64,000 nucleotides of DNA from Eledone cirrhosa (Eukaryota). The position numbers and the translations under genes were made by a program. Below the pieces are notes generated by a model, which searched no databases, was not told the DNA's origin, and saw only the letters and a list, made by a program, of their open reading frames with translations. The stretch covers positions 141,484,001 through 141,548,000 of the forward strand of contig OZ024742.1 in assembly GCA_964016885.1 (NCBI GenBank). Direction: 5' to 3'. Each line of letters starts with the position of its first letter. Within the stretch, counting starts at the first letter, position 1. Of this stretch, positions 55,316 to 64,000 are shown piece by piece.

Positions 55316-55483
55316 TCTCGAGCTCAGTATAACCTTTCTTCTTCTTCTTCTTCTTCTTCTTCTTCTTCTTCTTCTTCTTCTTCTTCTTCTTCTTCTTCTT
55401 CTTCTTCTTCTTCTTCTTCTTCTTCTTCTTCTTCTTCTTCTTCTTCTTCTTCTTCTTCTTCTTCTTCTTCTTCTTCTTCTTCT
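55316..55483. repeat. (CTT)n microsatellite
   Basis: Direct reading. Confidence 0.99.
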
Positions 55484-56212
55484 CATCGTTGTCGTCGCCG
55501 TCGTTGTTGTTGTTTTACAATGTTTGTCCTTTCTGATCCTTTACATATATTACATTTTGCCATTTTTTTTATTTAGTTATCTTGTTAAAGTTCTTGTTTA
55601 GGATGAATTTAGATTAATAATATATTTAATGAAAAGATTAAAACAAACATACAACAGGCAAAAAAAAAAAAGTTGCAATCAAAGATAAAAAAATATGTTC
55701 GTGGCCACACATTGACACGCACACACACACACAAACACACTGATTACTCTCTCATAAAATTTACTCATACACAAAAATCGGCTAAATGATTAAAAAAAGG
55801 CGCAGACGTTAATTTAGTGCAATCTAAAAAGAAAAAAAATATGAAAGCAACGTACAAAATATAAAAGTACGCAAGGACTTAGTTGGTAGTATTTGTGTTG
55901 GTGATAGTGATAGTATTTACAAACGCAATGCCATATTTACCAAGCCAGACCTGAATAAACTCACCATTAATAATATTTGTAAACAGAAACTTCATCAGAT
56001 TACAAAATGGTGAATGTTGACTTTAATTATTAACATTTTTTTCTTAGCCTACCGAGTAATTCTAATTTTGTTTTCAATATAACTGGGGAATTATGGATAC
56101 GTTCGATCATAAGTTCTCACGGCGCATGCGTTGTTTAGTGATTTTGAACCACATGCGATGATCTGTGTGTCTTTTGGCTTCAGCCTACAAACACTCATGT
56201 ATGTATGTATGT

Positions 56213-56785
56213 ATGGAGGAAGGCGACCACCGCACAAACCAAAAATGCGGTAATGGGACTGTGTCAGGAGCACCTTGGCTTGCGCTGGAATTTCATCTGA
56301 CGAATGGGAGAAAATGGCTGAGGAGCGTGTGAAGTGGACACGTCTGATCAAGTCAGGTAGTGAACACTTTGAAACTCGTCGAAAAGAACACCTAACACTA
56401 AAAAGGAAGGTGAGGAAAAAGGACTGTTCGGAACTGCCTGCTGTTGAGCAGCATCTAGTTTGCCAGCACTGTGGTTGAGTCTGCCTGAGCAAAGCTGGTT
56501 TTATTAGACATGAACAGAGTCATATCAGTAGACCTCTTGTAGATTATCATCTGAAAAATGTAAATAATGTGGCAAGAAATATCTTAAAAGACATATGAGA
56601 ACACACAGTCAGAACCAAGCAGTGGAAAGTCCCAGACGAGCCTACAGTTGCCATGCGTGTGCCAGAGGGTGCAAGTCCTTGGCTGGTTTAAAGAATCACA
56701 TTCGTGCCTCACATTTTTGAGCATTTTATCAGCCGGTGGCAATGCTCGAACACGGGTTTGCTGCCATCATGGATGTTTGTATGGA
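56213..56785 (+). mobile_element. RTE/BovB-like LINE 3' end with C2H2 zinc-finger remnants
   Basis: GRRPPHKPKMR...WEKMAEERVKW..LI..G...FE..R...LVCQHCG*VCLSKAGFIRH...H pattern. Confidence 0.72.
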
Positions 56786-56839
56786 TTCGTAAGACTTGAC
56801 GGAGACGTAAGGTGCCATTGTGATATACGGTGTATTTTA

Positions 56840-57552
56840 AGCATTGAAACCTAGCAGAGTCTCCAATTGATTCGCCTGATTCCCCAAGCAAGAACAGCCA
56901 AGTTCATGGATGTTATCCAACAATCTTGCTCGGGGTCTACACGTGGATCTCCTGTCAATTGGTTTTGTTCGTAAAATCTGTCCAGCGATTCTTTTCTGAG
57001 ACATTCTAACTACATGTCCGTAGTATCGGAGTAGTAGCGTCTCCATCTGGAGCGACTCTCTAACCTTCGAGCTACGCTTTCTATCGAAATTGAAGATAGC
57101 GAGTTTGGCATTTACACATACCGCCCTTCTTCTGATTACTGAATGCTAAAGCAGGCATATTACTGCACCAGCTCCTGCAATTGCTGCAATTAATTAAGCC
57201 CCATGCCTTCCATCACTCGTGAACATGACCCTCAGATACTTGACCGTCTCTACCTGTTTCAGTGGAACTCCATTTACATATAGAGTGCACTGTGCAGGCG
57301 TCCTTGCGAAGATGAGCATCTCAGTCTTCGCAGCACAGATCTTCATTCCAGTGGCGCAGCACTCAGCACCAAACCTATCAAGTGCATGTCGGAAATCACC
57401 TTCTGATGAGTCCGTTTGTAAATTCCAGTCGACAAATTACAGCCGCAAATTACACCCACCAGTCGTGATACCACTTCCGACCCAGCTGTACCTGTCAACC
57501 ATCTTTATGAAAATTATAAACAGGAGAGGTGACAGTACGTACCCCTGGTAGA
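56840..57552 (-). mobile_element. RTE-clade LINE fragment (RT to 3' end, internally deleted)
   Basis: Minus strand YQGYVLSPLLFIIF, GMKICAAKTE, QVETVKYL and LRYYGHVVRM. Confidence 0.8.
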
Positions 57553-57987
57553 GTTTGATTTTTTATATGAATCTTTAAGATTGATTACTAGAATGTTTAA
57601 TGAGTAGTTTGAAATAGGGTCTACGTTTCACATCTGGCCTGCGGCTATTGTAAACTTTGTGGACCTACATTTTCCTTCTGGTCTGGACTTATTACCAGCT
57701 GTGCACAGGCCTATATAGACTTTGTTATGTTTAGTATAATTTCTGAAGAAAAATATGCAATATGTAGAGTAAGTGAAATAAAAGAATTGTAATCAGGAAA
57801 CAACTCGGATGACATACTCAATTCTCAATCTATTATTGATAAATACCTTGTATACTTAATATGCAATTGTGCTTAGGAGCACTGATTTTAAATTTGTACA
57901 TGATTTCTATCCTAGAATTGAACTTTTGTTTTGTTGTAGCACGGAGATGTTTGTCATTACAGAAAGCTGTTTAAACACTGGATTATC

Positions 57988-58036
<49 letters not shown>

Positions 58037-58147
58037 AATTAATATCTAGTAACATATATATACATACAGATGCATATCAATGCTAGCAAATATATAGGTT
58101 TTGTCTTAGTAACTTTGTGGTTCAATGCGTGGGGTTGCAGAACAATA

Positions 58148-58729
<582 letters not shown>

Positions 58730-59889
58730 GACACTGAAAACGTCTCGGCTTGACTCATTTCCCTAAACCTTCAGTATATATGAAATCTTTTCTCATTTCC
58801 CGCATATGTGCTGAAAAGGAAATTGGGAAACGGGTTTAGCCGGGAACCTTTCATCATCTCGCACTTCTGTTAGAAACGTTTAGGTCGAAATATAAAACTG
58901 TTCGCTGTTTCACGAAACTGTTTATGTAAAAATAAAGCGAATTGTCAAAGTCATTAAGTCGTCGGAATGAATGCTTCTGTAAATGTTCTGACTCACTTCA
59001 CTATGGTTTCATATCACGCCATGATTAATATTGCCTTCATTGCTTTTAGGGGCGATAAGTAAAATACCAGTCCAGGGGCGGTGGATTGGCGGAATTGTTA
59101 ACGAGTCAGTTGAGATGCTTTGTGCTATCCCATCCAGCTCTGTGGTTTCTGAGTTCCAATCCCGCCTCCTTCTATCAAGTTTACTCTTTAGTCCGATCTA
59201 ACGATCGGCTCCTCTCCTATTAGTTTTATTCGAAAATAAAATTAATGAAAGTACATTTCATACGTAAACACGTTCAAAAGCTCACATAGGAATAGAAATA
59301 TGACTATGTTTCCTTCACATTTTCCACTTAGAGATTAGTTAGTTAAATGAAGCGAATTGACTACCTTTATGTAATTCAAACTATGTCAGGACATGAAATC
59401 CCAGGCACACACATCAGTTCTAAGATGCTACACAACACATAACGGTAATACAGACAAGGTAATTTGTAATTCTGCTCTGTCTGTTACAATATAACTTGCT
59501 GTGTTTGGACATGAAGTGTCTACATATAAGATTAATCGGTTTACCTGGTCTCTTTCACTCTCTCCCATTTCTTTCTTTCTCTCTCTTTCACACCTACTGC
59601 CATACCCTCACTTACTCACTTTAGTCTCTGTCTTTCCCGATCGCTCGCAACCCTATCAAAAAGTTCTCTACACGCAGCCACATAACCTCCAGAAGTATTA
59701 GAAGATAACTTGATATTTCTCACTCTAAAATGAAAACTGAAGTATCTATATATGCAAGCACATGTACATGTACGCATACACGCACGCATGCATGTTCTCT
59801 CGCATTCACGCACGCACATTTACAAACCAGTGAATCAGATAGTTATGTTACCCATTTAAAAATGTGCAGTACGGTTATATATATGTGTG

Positions 59890-59985
59890 CGTGTAAGTAT
59901 GTATGCATGTATGTATATTCTTCTGGTTTTATAATTTTATAAATTCTTACCAACACAGAGAGGGGGGAGGGGAGAGGGAGAGAGA

Positions 59986-60046
<61 letters not shown>

Positions 60047-60740
60047 TGTTTCTAACATAGACATAACACTTATTGGAATTTAGACATCAATTAGGTAGAT
60101 ATGTTTGCATGCCTGCATGAGCGTGTGTGTGTGCAGGTATGGATGTTATTGTATGTGTGGATGTGTATGCTTTGAGTTATATGTGTGCCTGTGCATATGT
60201 TTTGTATTTGTACATATGTATATGCAGTTATTACATGCAGAACTTTTGGAATGTTTTACATATTTTTACTGTTACATTAATGGATTGTACTTGTAATTTC
60301 CTTACTAGTCATGTTCTACCTGGTTCTGTGAAGCCCAGCTTCTTAAAATTTGTACTGAAGCATTTACTAACATATCCCAGTGCTCCAATAATCACAGGTG
60401 TAAATCTGAAGGTATAGTCAGTATCTACAGATTCCTCATTAGTTCTGCATAGATATTCTCCTTTTCGCTAATCTTTAATATTGGTTTATGATTTAGGCAC
60501 AAAGCCAACAATTTTTGGGAAGGGTAAAGACGATTAAATCGACTCCAGTCCATTACTGGTACTTTATTCTATCGACCCAGTAAGGATGAAAAGCAAAGCT
60601 AACCTCGGCAGGATTTGAACTCTGATAGTAATGGGCCGTAACTTTATGCCATAAAGCGTATCATCCGAAGCTCCGCCGTTTTATATTGGCATCTGCTGGG
60701 CAGCTAACTTCCAATACTGTGTATGCCTTCTTTTCCATTA
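59890..60740 (-). mobile_element. 3' fragment of the R4/Dong-like family found at 61190..64000, interrupted by a family A SINE (about 60480..60680)
   Basis: 60230..60480 and 60683..60740 align with 61490..61800; 3' UTR also shared. Confidence 0.8.
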
Positions 60741-61189
60741 ATAGATTGTACTTGTAACTATTATATGTATGTATGTATCCGGGAGAGATGACCCCTTAGC
60801 CTTTGTCAAGGCAGAATTCTAGGAGAAGGAAAACTCTGATGTAACACCTGCAACTATGATGGTATCCAATGATGTTGACTTGTTCTTCTTTTTGGTAAAT
60901 ATCATCTTGGTTAAGAGAGTGGGACTGGTTTTGTGCAGTGCCTTTGCTCACTATAAAAGCTTCACGGCACAGGCATTGCTTTATATCTGGAGATCTCTCT
61001 GCACTTGTCATCACATGGTACCATGGGCCCAGCACTATGTGTCAATAATTGTCACAAGTGTAGTGTTTGTACCAGAGTTTTCAAGTCGCTGGCTGGACTA
61101 AGAAGTCACACTCGTTCAGAGCATCGATGGGGGTTCTCCTACATGGATATAAAGTAGTGGCCATACTCGAAAACGAGTTGGCAGCCACC

Positions 61190-64000
61190 ATGTATGTATG
61201 TATGTATGTATGTATGTATGTATGTATGTATGTATGTATGTATGTATGTATGTATGTATGTTCTTCTGGTTTTATAATTTCACAAAGTTTTACCAATAGA
61301 AAGAGAGTCGGTTTCTCACATAGACACAAGACTCTCTCATTGGATTTTACACAACATCAACTAGGTAGATATGTATGTATGCATGCATGTGTAGATATGG
61401 ATGTTATTGTATGTGTGGATGTGTATGTTTTGAGTTGTATGTGTGCATGTGTATATGCTTTGTATCTGTACATATGTATATGCAGTTATTAGATGCAACA
61501 TTTTTGGAATGTTTTACATATTTTTACTGTTCCATTAATGGATTGTACTTGTAGTTTCCTAACTAGTTGTGTTCTTTCTGTTCCTGTGAAGCCTAGCTTC
61601 TCAAGATTTGTATTGAGGCAGTTACTAACATATCCCAGTGCCCCAATAATCACAGGCATAAATCTGAAGGTGTAATCAGAGTGGAGTATCTGCAGATTTC
61701 TCATGAGTTCTGCATAAATATTCTCCTTTTCACTAATCTTTGATATTATATTGGCGTCTGCTGGGCAGCTAATTTCCACTACTGTGCATGTTTTCTTCTC
61801 CCTGTCCCATATCATAATATCTGGTCTGTTATGCCTGCATTTTATTGGGGTTCTTACTGGAACATTTCAGCAGTACTCTTTCATATTATGTACATGGATG
61901 TCTTCCACATTGTTGTAGCTTTTAATGTGTTTATTATCGGGGCTATCTTTTTTACGAACTTCATTGTACAGTGTTTTGGCCACTACATCATGCCTCATAG
62001 GTAGATAGTACCGCGATGACATCTTTGGACAGCTGCTGATGACATGGGTGATAACCTCGATGTTAGTTCTGCAGAGTCTGCACTTGTTATCACATCTAGG
62101 TATTTTGCCTGCATCCCTATCTCTTTTGTGAATCAGGTATTTCGTGCTAATCTCCTGTTCCTGGATTGCAAAAGCTTATCCTTCAAAGTGGGAGCCAATA
62201 TAGCGGTTGTTGGTCGAAGATAGACTACTTTCCTTATCTATATTACTCTCACTCTGGAGCTTCCTGGCAACATACCCATGCATGATTTTTTGCTGATAGG
62301 CATGCAGTTTTTCATCCATGGATTCACTGCGATACTGCTGAGCGACATCCCTGGGTGTGAGTTTTTGATTATCACACAGGGAATATCTCGCAAGGAGTTC
62401 CTTCCCAACTCTCATGATCTTATCTGTTTCATGCAGATAGACTTGCTCGAGAAGCGGGCTCCTACGCTTCGAGGTTCGTAGATGTTGTCGGAGAAATATG
62501 ATGCGACATTCAAATGTTGTCTGGACTGATGTTAGTCCTCTGCCTCCCTGCTTACGTTTCAAGTAAAGGCGGTCTATGTCACTGTTGATGTGGAAGTTTC
62601 CGGTGTTGTTCAATATTTTTCGAGTTCCAACATCAACTGCTCGGATTTCGTCTATCGTCCAATTGAGTATTCCAAACGTTTGATGTTAGGACAGGCACAG
62701 CAAACACATTGTGAGCCACTGTTTTGTTTTGCGCAGAGAGTTCCGATGACCAGATCTTTCTTAATCGGGTGTAGTATTCCCTGGTTATGCGTTCTTTATT
62801 ACAGATACCATTATAGCATATGTTCTCATCTATCCCCAGGTATCTGTAGCAGTCCTCACCAGATATCGGTGAAACAGTTAGACCATTGATGACAATGTTG
62901 CTAGATTGGGTTGTTGTTTTTCCCCGCTTTACAGTCATGTATGAGCATTTATCTTAGCCAAACTCCATTCCTATATCCTTTGAGAACGTTGTAACCAGGT
63001 CAAGATTTTTCTTCATCCCATCCATGTTCTTGGCATAGAGTTTCAACTCGTCCACAAAGAAGTTATGGGTTAGGTTCGTATTTCTGTCCTCCTGTGAGCC
63101 AATGATGTATCTCTCACATTTCTTGAGCAGAAAGGACAAGGGGTTTAATGACAAGATGAACAATATCACTGAGAGACTGTCCCCCTGAAATATACACCTG
63201 CAATATTTTATTTTATCAGTGAAAATAGAGTCCCCCTCTCTGTTTTTAACCTTAGGATAGTAGCCCAAGAAGAAGACAGCCTCTCTATGGCTCTGACAAT
63301 AATGTCTGGGACTTTAGCAAGTTGGAAGGCTTCTATCATCCAAGCGTGGGGAACAGAATCGAAAGCTTTCCTGTAGTCCAGCCAGACTGTAGTCATATTC
63401 CTCCTAAGTTGTCGCACCTCCGACATCGCAGTTTTGTTGATTAGAAGTTGTTCAGAACATCCCCAAACCCTTTTCTTTCCAGCTGCTTGTTCATATGTGA
63501 TGATGTTATTATTCTCACAGTGATCTTGGAGGAATAGGTTCAGGCAGGCTGTATACATCTTATACATCAGGTTCTGGCATGCAATTGGTCGGTATTTTTT
63601 TGCCAAGTGGGTGTCTTTGTTCTTGGGGACCAGTAACGTTTGTGCTAATGTCAACCATTCTGGTATAAGTGTATATCCCTTAAGAACATGTTGGTAGAGG
63701 TCAGTAAGATACCTCCGATAGAATATTAGTTTTTTGTACCAGTAGCCAACAATCATGTCTCTTCCTGGTGTTTTCTGATCTTGGAGTTTTCCTATCACAG
63801 TCTCAAGGGTACCCTCACTTATTTCGTATGTTTTTTGTTGTAGTGTAGGGGCAATAGTTCTTTCGGATTTCTCTTAGCCGCACTGCATCTTGGTTGAAAT
63901 TCTTCTTTTCATCCCATATTTTGCTCCAAAAGTAATCTATATCTGGGATGGGGCCTCAGTGACACTTATTATTTTGCCCTTTATATCTCTATAGGCTGAT
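61190..64000 (-). mobile_element. R4/Dong-like RLE non-LTR retrotransposon (continues beyond the window), degenerate, with (CATA)n tail
   Basis: TPGRD, YRPIAC, LDYRKAFDSVPH, IFQGDSLS, FFVDE, YRYLG, DIDRLYLKRKQGGRG, CRLC...THVISSC, RHDVVAK and RPDI...VEISCP...KENIY; 3' UTR ends at (TATG)n 61191..61260. Confidence 0.92.

Noticed and set aside
57402-57425. CTGATGAGTCC motif (similar chance hits at 3279, 6068 and 55992)
   Set aside because: Inside RT coding sequence or lacking a downstream helix II-GAAA; chance matches.

Overview
Repeat-dominated, AT-rich, microsatellite-dense animal genomic DNA. The SINE families and repeat landscape suggest a cephalopod such as Octopus (inference, not verified). 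No host gene could be supported. The recognisable coding capacity is all from degenerate retroelements: five Tx1/L1-clade LINE copies (APE endonuclease-RT-zinc finger), four R4/Dong-like RLE copies, RTE fragments and Penelope-like (GIY-YIG) remnants. There are also many tRNA-derived SINEs and an 8.3 kb hAT-like DNA transposon shell (TIRs plus a near-matching 8 bp TSD) holding nested insertions. The most striking signal is non-coding. At least five intact-looking and several degenerate type I hammerhead ribozyme (HHR) motifs with palindromic helix III, from several unrelated sequence families, sit in short elements embedded in (TA)n. These elements are either terminally redundant (retrozyme-like monomers of about 400-450 nt) or fold-back palindromes, and in two cases the inversion junction lies at or within 2 nt of the predicted self-cleavage site. 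All structures were read by eye; no searches were run.
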